Below are positions 52,001 through 64,000 of a DNA stretch of 64,000 bases, in pieces. Numbering within the stretch: position 1 is the first letter of the stretch; every line of letters begins with the position of its first letter. Source of the stretch: Octopus sinensis (lineage: Eukaryota); the NCBI RefSeq assembly GCF_006345805.1, contig NC_043019.1, forward strand, positions 3,162,001 to 3,226,000, given 5' to 3'. The position numbers and the translations under genes are program-made. The notes beneath the pieces are model-generated. The model ran no database searches. It was not told the DNA's origin and saw only the letters and a program-made list of their open reading frames with translations.

Positions 52001-52298
52001 TTTTTCCTTTAGAAAATCGATTAAAAAATTAACATAATAAAAAATATGACCGAATGGCATATAGTCAATTAGTGATAAGAAGCGGCATTTAAAAAATTTT
52101 TTTAAACTGTAGGCAAAGCTGTTTGATTGAGACACTTGCTTTGCAATAACGTGATTTCTGGTTCAATTCCACCGCGCAGCATCTTGGGCAAGTCACTTCT
52201 ACTATAGTCTTGGACCGAACAATGATTTGTGAGTGAATTTGGTAAACGGAAACTGTGTGGAAGCCCGTTGTATATATATATAAAACTGTATATATATG

Positions 52299-52340
<42 letters not shown>

Positions 52341-52343
<3 letters not shown>

Positions 52344-52509
52344 ATTGAAGAGATGGTGGTGTGGATTTCCACCTCGGCATCCGAAACTCAGAGTCTTATC
52401 TTGGCTACCGAATAATTGTGACTTATTATTTTTACAGATAAATTCCTCTATTTATATAATATTGAGGTCTCTTTCTTTCTTTTGTTATCTTACCGTTTTT
52501 ACCAATATA

Positions 52510-52510
<1 letters not shown>
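52341..52510 (+). mobile_element. Penelope-like family A remnant with hammerhead motif
   Basis: ATAA-TTGAAGA-GATG...CATC-C-GAAAC-TCAGA-GTC-TTATC: GUC triplet at 52393-52395 but C3 changed to U. Between (TA)n tracts. Confidence 0.65.
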
Positions 52511-52569
<59 letters not shown>

Positions 52570-52581
<12 letters not shown>

Positions 52582-52986
52582 GGGAATAAATCCAAACTTA
52601 CAAGGAAAAATTAGATTTAGGATTAAATCCAATTTTATAGTATAAATATATTATATTAAATTAGAGATAAAACTACTATTAGGCAAATCAAACAGTGAAA
52701 AACATAAGCCAATACATAAAATTAATTTAAAGATATAAAAGTTAAAAATAAAAAACGATTTAAATAATTTAAACTTATAAATTTTATATATATATACAAA
52801 TATATATATATATGTATGTATATTTTTATATTTATATATTATTTTATTTATTAATTAATAATTTAATTAATTAATTTATTTATTTAAATAGTTTTTTATT
52901 TTTAACTTTTATATCTTTAAATTAATTTTATGTATTGGCTTATGTTTTTCACTGTTTGATTTGCCTAATAGTGGTTTTATCTCTAA

Positions 52987-52994
<8 letters not shown>
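52570..52994. mobile_element. Family B-related Penelope-like tail with fold-back
   Basis: 52570-52640 is the reverse complement of 23581-23650. Inverted arms 52653-52767 and 52880-52994. Confidence 0.6.
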
Positions 52995-53022
<28 letters not shown>

Positions 53023-53134
53023 TCATTCGACTTAATTTGTATGAGCAGATTAATATTTGTTACAAAGACTGCTACCGTCACATATCTAATCTATATGTGT
53101 GCGTGTGTTTCCCTCACGCACGCACACACACACA

Positions 53135-53178
<44 letters not shown>

Positions 53179-54384
53179 GTTTGACAATCTGTATTGTTTT
53201 GTTTATGTCCTCTAACATAGCAGCCGGCCGATAGAGTAAGTTCCAAACTTTAAATTAAGAACCGTACCGAGGTCAAGTTGTTCGAGAGAAAAACCCTTCA
53301 CGTTGGAGTTCTCGCATGGAAAATATACAAGATAAATAATAACAAGTTTTCTTAGTCAACGTCTTCGTTATTCAGACATGGCTTTAATTCACGTTAAATT
53401 TTCCGTCAATATGCATAATTGAGTCATTTGAGGAAATGAGAACCTCAAACTCTATACAGAAATGTCTCTGAAATCTAAATCAATGTTCAAGACCAGTTCA
53501 TTGGTTCTTACATTTTGAGGATGTAACTCTTATTCAACAAAACTAGTTGGCCTTGTTGAAAGATTATTTATAACAACCTTTCAGCACTCTTCCACCGCCA
53601 GATCTAGTTCTTAACGTAGTTTCGTGCCTTGAGTTCGTCAATGAATCTTCGAGCTATTCTAGCAGAGAGCATGTTCCCAGTCTAGCCTCTCTTACAAGGC
53701 AGGTCTGACTAATATGAACCAAACTAATATAGGGCCACACTAATATGAACCATATTTTCCAAGGGGTAAAAACCTGTTTGCGTAGGGTATACGCTCCTAC
53801 CTAGAACAAAAAAAGAAAACGAAAAAGTTATTGGATCATAGATAACAATTCAAAGCCAGTAAGATCTGGGTGAAGGGGCCTTCCCTGAGGAAAGCAAGAT
53901 ACTAAAGCGGGTCTGGAAACCTGGGATCCAACTGGAGGGAAGAAAGCAGAAATGGCAGTCCAAAGTTGAGAAATGTGGAGAAACGCTGTCGAGGGGTCTG
54001 TCCTCCATAGGAAACAATGAGGTCAAGTAAACTTATACTATGTTGACGATTGAGCAGAACCTACCTACCGGGGGATAAAGCCTCTCTGCGCTGGACTGCA
54101 ATTAAGACCAATGTTTAAAAGGAAGAAAAAATAACCTCAAAATATTAACAAAATGAAAACAGATATAACTGAAGAATTTATCAAAACACGCTAAAAAAAT
54201 CTATTTTTTGATAAAATGGTTCAACAACTTTATCTGTACATTAGTGCCAAAGGGGGACATTTCCTGCATAAATGTTTAATACAAAATTAACGTTGTTAAT
54301 AGTTTTGTTTGTTTCAATAATTTTTTGCACACATCATTTTCTTATTATTATTTATTAAAACACCATAGGAGCTTTATTGATTAC

Positions 54385-54680
54385 ATTGGCTTAACAATAG
54401 CATATCTGAATATTTCAGTCGCTTCTAGTGGAAACAGCTACAAAACTACAGCCCTTAGGTATCTGTTGGATAAATCAATATACTTCTTAGTTTAACATTA
54501 ATATACCTGAACATTCTGATCGTTGCTAGTAAAAATAGCTACAAAACTACAATTCGTAGTTAATTGTCTGCAGGTTAAGACAATGTACAGCTTAGTTTAA
54601 AAGCATTATGTCTAACCATGTTAGCTGCTTCTTGTGGAAATCGCTACAGAACTTTTGCTCAGTTCGCTGTAGAATATTTT
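54385..54680 (+). repeat. Three diverged ~103 bp tandem units
   Basis: GCTACA(A/G)AAC at 54437, 54538 and 54643, each preceded by a CT(A/T)GT(G/A)(G/A)AAA-like motif. Confidence 0.65.
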
Positions 54681-55254
54681 GTTTCTAACGGAAACATGTG
54701 TTTGTCTTCTTGCTCCTTCGTCGGGATGTTGGTGTGTTACCGAACGGCTTTTTGTACCTTGCTCTTATCTTTAAAATATTATTATCGATAAAATAAGTAG
54801 CAGTTGAGCCCTGAAGGTCACTGTAATCGACTTACCTGTCTCCCGAAATTGCTGGCCTTCTGCCAAAATTTGAAACAAAAATTTCTGGGAACGGAAACAT
54901 CCCTATAACAATGTCTTATGAATCATTCGAATTTGTAACTGAAACATCACGACTGAAACACAGAGAATATATAGAAGAGAGAACAATTTAGCATTTCATA
55001 CTCATTCATTCTCTAGTGTATTGCCAATAGAATCATACTGCTAGGTACCTCATGCATATTATCCTTTCATCTTTCATCTCTCATTTGTTATAGTCATAAG
55101 ACTGTGGCGTTGCTAGGACACCGTTGGACGATGGCTTAGCTGACCAAATCTTCAAAGTCACTGTGAATAATATTCTTGTTTATGAATAATAAATCTGTAC
55201 TCTACAAAGGTATAGAGTAACCCATCAGATGAATGTAAAACATAAAAGCAAGCA

Positions 55255-55295
<41 letters not shown>

Positions 55296-55556
55296 CAAAA
55301 TAATAAATAAAACATATGCATATATACATACTTATATGTACGTACCTACATCTATATGTATATATACATGCATATATGGGTACAGGACACCAAAAAACGT
55401 CGAACACAATGAGAAACGAAAACATAAAAACAAAACCATGGAAAGGGACATTTTTTCAAACAACGAAAAAACAGAATACAAAACATACAACACAAGGAAA
55501 ATTCCCCTTCTTCAGCTGCCCCTGCTTCGTCTACTCCGTGTTTCGAAAGTGTATAT

Positions 55557-55628
<72 letters not shown>

Positions 55629-55869
55629 CCATGGACTTCCACTTCCACACAATTTCCGTCCACCAAATTCACTCAAAAATCGTTTGGTCGGCGCGGAACT
55701 ATTGAAGAAACCCGCGCAAGGTTCCGCGCAATGGGACTGAACTTGAAACTGTCATTTGCAGCGCGAATTTTTTTCTTAAAACCACACAACTGTTTCTGTG
55801 TAACAAGCAAACTTAAAAGAAAAATATCTCTTGTATGTATAGAAGAAATCAATAAATTGCAAACAAGAA

Positions 55870-57050
55870 ACTGATTGTAGCGAAGAAAGAGTTTAAGGAC
55901 ACCGCCAAAGAACGTATGAAAAAGAACAAATTAAATACGTATTGAAGATAGACTAGAAAAAAGAAAATCACTACGGTTGGTGTCCAGTTAAATTTAACAG
56001 AGAGAATAGAAGTCAGTGTGTAAGGTGACAATCAATCACATAAATGCGGATTAACGGTTAAAACAGAAAGTCTGATTTTAGCTGTTCACAATCAATGTCT
56101 AACTAGGCATAACCGTATTAAGATAATGAAACATGAGAGCAAAATTAAGTCCAGGCTCATCAATCAGGTCAATGAACCAACCGACTGCATTATTCGTATC
56201 TACAATGTCTCTAAAAAATCAGATTGTTTTTCGCAGACTCAAGGGTATTGGAAACGATTGTACACTGGGGAACATGTTTCAACTTTCATGCACGTGAAAA
56301 CAAATAAGAACTGGTATAAGCATGTATTGAGGCGGCGAGCTGGCTGAAACGGTAGCACGCCGGGCGAAATGAGTTGCGGTATTTCGTCTGCCGTTACGTT
56401 CTGAGTTCAAATTCCGCCGAGGTTGACTTTGCCTTTCATCCTTTCGAGGTCGATAAATCAAGTACCAGTTATGCACTGGGGTCGATATAATCGACTTAAT
56501 CCGTTTGTCTGTCTTTGTTTGTCCCCTCTGTGTTTAGCCCCTTGTGGGTAGTAAAGAAATAGGTATTTCGTCTGCCGTTACGTTCTGAGTTCAAATTCTG
56601 CCGAGGTCGACTTTGCCTTTCATCCTTTCAGGGTCGATTAAATAAGTACCAGTTACGCACTGGGATCGATATAGTCGACTTAATCCGTTTGTCCGTCCTT
56701 GATTGTCCCCTCTGTGTTTAGCCCCTTGTGGGTAGTAAAGAAATAGGTATTTCGTCTGCCGCTATGTTCTGAATTCAAATTCCGCCGAGGTTGACTTTGC
56801 CTTTCATCCCTTCGGGGTCGATTAAATAAGTACAAGTTACCCACTGGGGTCCTTGTTTGTCCCCTCTGTGTTTAGCCCCTTGTGGGTAGTAAAGAAATAG
56901 GTATAAGCATGTATCAAACACAGCATAACAACAGTTTGGTCACAATCCTATGAATATGTCCGTACAGACTGACCAAAAGTTCAAGGCAAACCTGTAAGGA
57001 GACCGAATTGAAGGACCTTGGAGAGAACATAAGCAAAATGTTATTTGTGA
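55870..57050 (+). mobile_element. Old R4/Dong-type LINE fragment split by a SINE array
   Basis: KTESLILAVHNQCL, WYKHV and VQTDQKFKAN align with the better-preserved copy at 63355-64000. Confidence 0.55.
56330..56899 (+). repeat. Head-to-tail trimer of family M SINE inside one TSD
   Basis: 15 bp TSD GGTATAAGCATGTAT at 56313-56327 and 56900-56914. Junctions GAAATA|GGTATTTCGTC. Confidence 0.9.
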
Positions 57051-57989
57051 AAATTAAAAGCATCAATAATTCTTTCTACGATAGGCACAAGTCCTGAAAT
57101 TGTGAAGGAAAAGTTAGTCGATTATATCAATCCCACTGCTTGAGGGGTTCTTGATTTAATGATCCCGAGATGAAAGGCAAAGTCGACCTCAGCGAATTTG
57201 AAATCAGAGCATAAAGTGCCGGGGAAATGCGGAAATGTATTTTGACCGGTACAGTAACGACTCTGCCTGCTCACCGCTTTTAATTGTGCCAATTAATAAC
57301 ACTCGTCAACAGTCAATCAGCAACTCTGATGATTAAAAAAAAGTTTCATTTTCTTGACCAGTGTAATGGTTTGGAAATTTGGCACAAGGCGAATAAAGGG
57401 AGTTAATCAATTACAGCAACACTAGTGCTCAACTATTACGTATTTTATCTACCTCGAGAGGATGAAAGTTGAAGTCGACCGCGGCGGAATTTAAACTCAC
57501 GACGTAATAAGTCGTTAGGTATTTTCTCTAACGTGCTAACAATTTTGCCGTCTCGCTACATTTTAAGAGCGTCAATGATAATTGAAGTACTAGATATGAT
57601 AAACAAAACACATGCACAAAATATATAAAAATAGTCCAAAAAGTAGTTCTGCTAACATCCTACGCATATCCCTTTTAATTCAGTAGCTTCCCTCTGTGTA
57701 ATTTATGTACCACTCCAACAATACAATCTTCTCAGAAATACCGCTCAACACACCCTACGTTGCATATAATTTGATATTTGTATAATCTTGAGATGATAAC
57801 CAACGCTGTTTCAAAGCAGCTTTTTGCCAGCCATTTTACAATAGACATTCCTACAATAAAGATTTGTACAGTGTTCATCCTTTGTAAGTATTTATAGAGT
57901 TGTACGGATTTTGGCTGTTACTTTTTTTCTTGAGAATTAAGCTTTCTTTTTAGTTTACACATCAAAGTACTAAAAAAGAGCAAAATAAA

Positions 57990-59700
57990 GCCGTGATAGC
58001 AAGTGTGAATTCAATGAATAGCGCGGAACGCTATTTATAGCGCGTGTTTCAAGAAAACCATTTATTTGTGAAAGCATTTTCTTACATAATAGAAGACATG
58101 ACCGTAACAGACACTATAAAACATGCAACATCAGACAAAAATAGAAGGGAAACTGGATTTAGTGTTTAGGTATGAATAAAAGAAAGATTACGTGATTAAG
58201 AAAAAGAAGAATTCAGGGAAATATAAAACATTTATTGAAAGAAGTTGTGGAAGTTTAGCAATAACTGAAGAATTCTATTATTTACCTTTAATATTAAGCA
58301 AAAACAGAATCCATTCTTTAAAAGGGAAGGGGTTGCTTGCCTTCTCTCCAAATATTTGCAGAGTATCTCGATAAAGATAATCTCAAAAGAAATATATTTT
58401 CTCACGATGTGTTTGACTAGCTCAAAAAAATTGTATTTATTATTATTTTTTATTTTTTGGTTTTGGACGAATCTACCCGACATGTATGATTTAACTCGGA
58501 TGAAAATTTTATTAGAGGAATTGATGGTAATTTTAGCATCTTTGAAGAACTTGTTGGTCTTGATTTGCCTTAAAAAATAAGAAAAACATATTTGAAGATG
58601 TAAAGTCCTGCTTGGAAAATCAAAAGGTAACTTTCAGAAAACAGACACCAAGACTACAAATCTTTTACACCGTCTACTAATAAATTATCGCTGCATCATA
58701 GACCAGAAATAGTTGTGTAGGAAATCTTTAACTTTACGGTGTTCTGCATGAACGCTTGGGAAATAAAACTGGAGCAAGAGCATTAAAAAGACGATGATTC
58801 GGAGAAGGCGAGATTTGGAACATGGCGATCTTGCCCGCCATTGTAAGCTGCACTTGCTTTTAAGAAGAAAGTTTCTGAAGCGAAAAAGGAACTTCCTGAA
58901 AAGCTATTTTATGTTATGACAATTACATTATTTAGTCTTTTTTTTATATTTTTCCTTTCAACCATCTATTTCAGTGATCTAAAGTGGAATCTGCTGGGCA
59001 AGAGCAATTCGTTTTGTGGCTTAATAAAGGATATCAATGCATTTAAGATGAAATTAAAACTGTTCATCTGTCAGCTAGAAAATTAGGATTTGAACCAGCT
59101 TCCGCACTTAAAAAAAAAAAAAGCAGAGTGATGTTGCTGCGGATAATGACGATGTTAGAAAATATCTTGAGAAACAAAAAAGGAGAAGAAACAAGTGGTT
59201 ATAAGAGTTATTTTGAAAAACCGTTTTTTATGATTTTATCAAAGAAGACTGCATACTCGCATTTATAAACCTTTTAACCCATTTTTGTTAAGTGGATAAA
59301 AAAAAATCATGAAAATTTCAAGTAACATACAAATGGAATATATTGACTTGAAAACAAATTCATTATTGAAAATGAAATTTGATGAGCTTCCTTCAGTTCC
59401 AAATGCTGTTGACATGATTAATTTCTGGCGATCAATTAACCTCTGAATATTTGTCAGAACTAAGAAAATTTTCTCAGAGTTACATCCGTCGTTTCGGAAT
59501 GGAGAAAAGAAAAAAAAAAAAGAAAACAAAATTAATCCATGAAACTGATAAAAATCAAAACGAGGTTACGACTGACTGAACCAAATTTGAAGAATTCTTG
59601 GTTGTTCTTAGTAACTAATTTAATTCCAAACATTAAAAGCTTGGAAAAAGTCAGACCAGACTCAGAAGTTTCATTCCAGTAATATTTGTATTATGTTTAT
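57990..59700 (+). mobile_element. Decayed hAT (SPIN/Charlie-like) transposase
   Basis: Broken frames give RCIIDQ (HCIIHQE-like), LKWNLLGKSN...DINAFKMKLKLFICQLE, IQMEYIDLKTNSLLKMKFDEL and LIKIKTRLRLTEPNL. Confidence 0.7.
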
Positions 59701-59804
59701 TTTTATATTAAATTATTATTTCATTTAAAAATACAAAATAAATCTATATTAACATATTTCGTAAGGGAGACTTGTCTGCCGCATTTAACTTCATGCATAA
59801 AAAA

Positions 59805-60158
59805 AATTAATTTGAGTCATGAAATGTAAAATAGAAGTCAAACTTGATTTTATACAAACCGTCAATGATATCAAAACGACCAACAAACCCTAACAATCAG
59901 AACCCAATAAAACAGATCAGAGGGATACCCCTCAGGGACAAACTGGCCTTGGTGGAATTTGAACTCAGGAATTAATTTGAGTCATGAAATTAATTTGAGT
60001 CATGAAATGTAAAATAGAAGCCTAACTTGATTTTATACAAACCGTCAATGATATGAAAACAAACAACAAGCCCTAACAATCAGAACCCAATAAAACAGAT
60101 CAGAGGGATACCTCTCAGTGACAAACTGACCTTGGTGGAATTTGAACTCAGGAATTAA
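59805..60158 (+). repeat. Diverged ~165 bp tandem duplication with an 18 bp junction repeat
   Basis: Units at 59805 and 59988. AATTAATTTGAGTCATGA tandem at 59970 and 59988. Several substitutions between units. Confidence 0.9.
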
Positions 60159-60931
60159 AAAGCTAGAAGAATTGATGCTATGCATTTTTCCCCGTCGAAC
60201 TAACAACTCTGGGGCTTCATATTTCAGCTCAAGGAAAGCACTTTGATAGCGGAGAGTTAGTCGAAACCATTGCCCCAGTATTAGACTGGTACTGTATTTC
60301 ATCGACGCTGATCAGATAAAAGGTAAATTTGAACGCGCAAGAAATTGAACTTACATGTAAAACGCCGGAAGATATTGCGTTTGGAGTTTTGTCTGTTGCT
60401 CTAACTATTCTACCATTTTCCTGCTCAAATAAAAATAATAATCATATGGTTTCAGATTTTGGCACAAGCCCAGCAAGTTAAGGGAGGGGTGTAAGTCGAT
60501 TACATTGACCCTAGAGTTCAACTGGTATTTATTTTGTCGACGGTGAAAGGATGAATAGCAAAGTCAACCTCAGGGGAATATGAATTCAGAACGTAAAGAC
60601 GGACGAAATGCTGTTAAGCATTTTATTTTGCAAGGCGTGCCAGCCATTCAGCCAACTCTCAGCCTTAATAATAATAATAATATAATAATAATAATAATAA
60701 TAATAACAATAATGACTCTCTCTCGTCGAAGACGACTATGAGCGTTCAGCTTCCGATGAAGTATTTTGTGGGCAATAAAAGAATAAATTATTATTGAAAA
60801 GGTAGCGAGTTGGCAGAATCGTTAGCACGCTGGACGAAATGCTTAGCGAAATGCTTAGAGTTCAACTTTGCTTTTCATCCTTTCGGGGTCGATAAAATTT
60901 GAACTCAGAACACGGCGGCAGACAGAATACT

Positions 60932-61760
60932 TTGTTTTGTCTTGGTATAAAAGATAGGCTAAAGCAAATATTTTGTTCAATACCACAAATTTGCTTGTCA
61001 GTTGCTTGACCTTAACCAGTTGAGCATGTCCCTTAGTGGCTGATGATATGTGCATCTCTGATCATGAGCAGAAGTAGTGGGGGAGCATCATAGCCGTGTG
61101 TTGAAAGGAATTCTTAGAGGTTTGGATAATTCACCTTTGGAAACATGGGTGGTTCGTTCAACATCTTTAAGCAATCCTTATTCAGGAACCCTTCGAGCGG
61201 GATTGACTACTCAACCAGAAGAAAATTCTAACTGGGCCCCAACTGCAAGGTCACGAGCTGATTATCTTGATATGAGATCACCATGTCGCGCACATATGGT
61301 TGTGATGCATGTGCCTGGCGTATGCATGTGCTTAACCAGTTGTATGCATGTGCTTAACCAGTGTATGCATGTGCTTAACCAGTGAGCATGTCCCTTAGTG
61401 GCTGATGATATGTGCATCTCTGATCACGAGTGGAAGTAGTGGGGGAGCATCATAGCCATGTGTTGAGAGAAATTGTTTGGGGGTTGGAAACATGGGTGTT
61501 TTGTTCAATGTCATTAAACAAACCTTATTCAGGGACCTTTTGAGTGGTATGGGCTTCTCGACCCGAAGAAAATTCCAACTGGATGCCACCTGCAAGGTCA
61601 TGTGCTGTTTATCTTGATGTGAGATCACCATGTCGCGCACATATGGTTGCGATGAATGTGCCTGGTGCACCCTTACCAGACGGTTAGTCATGATGGGTAT
61701 ATTGGTCTTCGTATATTTTACCCCAGAATCACTTTCATAGCATGTCCTGCTCCCTTACTC

Positions 61761-61794
<34 letters not shown>

Positions 61795-62718
61795 TATAAT
61801 AATAATATATAATAATAAATGCCTGATGCAGTACCAGGCAGTGGCTCTCATGGCTTCTGATCTTAACTGATTGGAAGTGTTATCATGTACATTGTTTTGT
61901 CTTGGTATAAAAGATGGCTACAGCAAATATTCTGCTCAATACCACAGATTTGCTTGTCAGTTGTTTGACCTTAACCAGTTGAGCATGTCCCTTAGTGGCT
62001 GACGATATGTGCATCTCTGATCACGAGCAGAAGTAGTGGGGGAGCATCATGGCCATGTGTTGAGAGGGATTCTTTGGAGTTTGAATGTTCACCTCTGGAA
62101 ACATAGGTGTTCGTTCAACATCTTTAAGCAATCCTTATTCAGGAACCCTTCGAGCGGGATTGACTACTGAACCAGAAGAAAATTCTAACTGGGCCCCAAC
62201 TGCAAGGTCACGAGCTGATTATCTTGATATGAGATCACCATGTCGCGCACATATGGTTGTGATGCATGTGCCTGGCGTATGCATGTGCTTAACCAGTTGT
62301 ATGCATGTGCTTAACCAGTGTATGCATGTGCTTAACCAGTTGAGCATGTCCCTTAGTGGCTGATGATATGTGCATCTCTGATCACGAGTGGAAGTAGTGG
62401 GGGAGCATCATAGCCATGTGTTGAGAGAAATTGTTTGGGGGTTGGAAACATGGGTGTTTTGTTCAATGTCATTAAACAAACCTTATTCAGGGACCTTTTG
62501 AGTGGTATGGGCTTCTCGACCCGAAGAAAATTCCAACTGGATGCCACCTGCAAGGTCATGTGCTGTTTATCTTGATGTGAGATCACCATGTCGCGCACAT
62601 ATGGTTGCGATGAATGTGCCTGGTGCACCCTTACCAGACGGTTAGTCATGATGGGTATATTGGTCTTCGTATATTTTACCCCAGAATCACTTTCATAGCA
62701 TGTCCTGCTCCCTTACTC

Positions 62719-62769
<51 letters not shown>

Positions 62770-63330
62770 TAATAATAAATGCCCTGATGCAGTACCAGGC
62801 AGTGGCTCTCATGGCTTCTGATCTTAACTGATTGGAAGTGTTATCATGTACATTGTTTTGTCTTGGTATAAAAGATGGGCTACAGCAAATATTCTGCTCA
62901 ATACCACAGATTTGCTTGTCAGTTGTTTGACCTTAACCAGTGAGCATGTCCTTAGTGGCTGACGATATGTGCATCTCTGATCACGAGCAGAAGTAGTGGG
63001 GGAGCATCATGGCCATGTGTTGAGAGGGATTCTTTGGAGTTTGAATGGTTCACCTCTGGAAACATAGGTGTTTCGTTCAACATCCTAAAGCAACCCTTAT
63101 TCAGGGACCGTTTGAGCAGGATGGGCTACTCAACCTGAAGAAAATTCTAACTGGGCCCCACCTGCAAGGTCATGTGCTGTTATCTTGATATGAGATCACC
63201 ATGTCGCGCACATATGGTTGTGATGCATGTGCCTGGTGTACCTTATCAGACGGGTAGTCATGATGGGTATATTGGGCTTCGTATATTTTACCCCAGTGTC
63301 ACTTTGATGGCATGAACTGCTCTCTCACTC
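60932..63330. mobile_element. Cluster of an unclassified ~550 bp (AAT)n-flanked repeat (element X), including a ~957 bp tandem duplication
   Basis: Full copy 62778-63330. Partial or hybrid copies at 60932, 61372, 61817 and 62331. 61152-62108 is repeated at 62109-63071. Confidence 0.85.
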
Positions 63331-63354
63331 AATAATAATAATAATAGTAATAGA

Positions 63355-64000
63355 AAAAGTAAAATCCCAACAATTGCTGAGAAGCTCAGAACTCAAAGCA
63401 GAGACTGAAGGATTTTAAATTGCAGCACAAGATCAAAGTCTTCCCTCGTGAAATCACCAAAAATATGTAATGAAAAGAAATACAAGTAACTGCCGAATAT
63501 GAAGAAACAATCGCTCATATTGTCTCTGGCTGCCCAATCTTGGCTAAGAAGGAATATATTCCCAGACGCGACAGAGTTGGGAACTATATACACTCGAAGC
63601 TATGCCAACACTATGAATAACAACAGAAAAAAGATGGTATAGGTACATGCCAGAAAAGGTCACAGAAAACGAGAAAGCAACCATACTCTGGGATATTCCA
63701 ATACTCACAGATAGAGAAGTTAAGGTCAATGGGCCGGATATAGTTGTCAGAGATCACCAAGAAAAAAACATGATTTCTAATCGATGTATCAATACCAACA
63801 AATGACAATGTTTCTCTAAAAGAAACGGAGAAACTTCCAAAATACAGAGATCTGGAAATAGAGGTAACTTGAATGGGGAGCCTAAAAAACAGAAACAATT
63901 CCTATCATAGTAGGCGCATTAGGTATGATAAAAAAATATTCAAACAAATACATAACAAAAACACCAGGACTTATAAGTATATACAACATACAGAAAGTAG
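63355..64000 (+). mobile_element. 5'-truncated R4/Dong-type LINE, zinc-knuckle and RLE region (runs off window)
   Basis: LRSSELKAETEGF, AAQDQSLP, EETIAHIVSGCPILAKKEY, ILWDIPILTDREVKVNGPDIVV, FLIDVSIP and IPIIVGALGMIKK. Starts after (AAT)n. Confidence 0.9.

Noticed and set aside
55370-55550. Further hammerhead in a Penelope-like fragment
   Set aside because: GAAAC and CTGAAGA occur in the wrong order for a single ribozyme, and stem III is mismatched.
61395-61691. 98 aa minus-strand ORF present twice (also 62353-62649)
   Set aside because: Duplicated only because of the tandem duplication. Other X copies have stops or frameshifts in this frame.

Overview
This 64 kb window is AT-rich eukaryotic DNA, saturated with microsatellites and transposable elements. 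No intact protein-coding gene, tRNA, rRNA or CRISPR array can be supported. The repeat inventory is tRNA-derived SINEs with CORE-, Meta- and V-like central blocks, R4/Dong-type and RTE-type LINE relics, Penelope-like fold-backs, Tc1/mariner, hAT and one non-autonomous Helitron. It strongly resembles an Octopus genome; this is an inference from remembered family motifs, not a database result. Almost all long ORFs in the supplied track are microsatellite artefacts. Most notable observations: (1) recurrent fold-back elements in (TA)n tracts that carry minimal type I hammerhead ribozyme motifs, with inversion centres in or beside the ribozyme; (2) a Meta-type SINE whose target sites often begin with GGT(A/T), a motif the SINE also carries internally, giving self-insertion and head-to-tail arrays inside one target-site duplication (TSD); (3) near-identical tandem duplications whose junctions lie in repeat homology; (4) one SINE head with three interchangeable tails; (5) a Helitron whose empty site is visible in a nearby paralogous segment; (6) weak candidate host exons. 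Near-identical duplicates differ mostly by homopolymer indels, so single-base indels and very recent duplications may be assembly artefacts.
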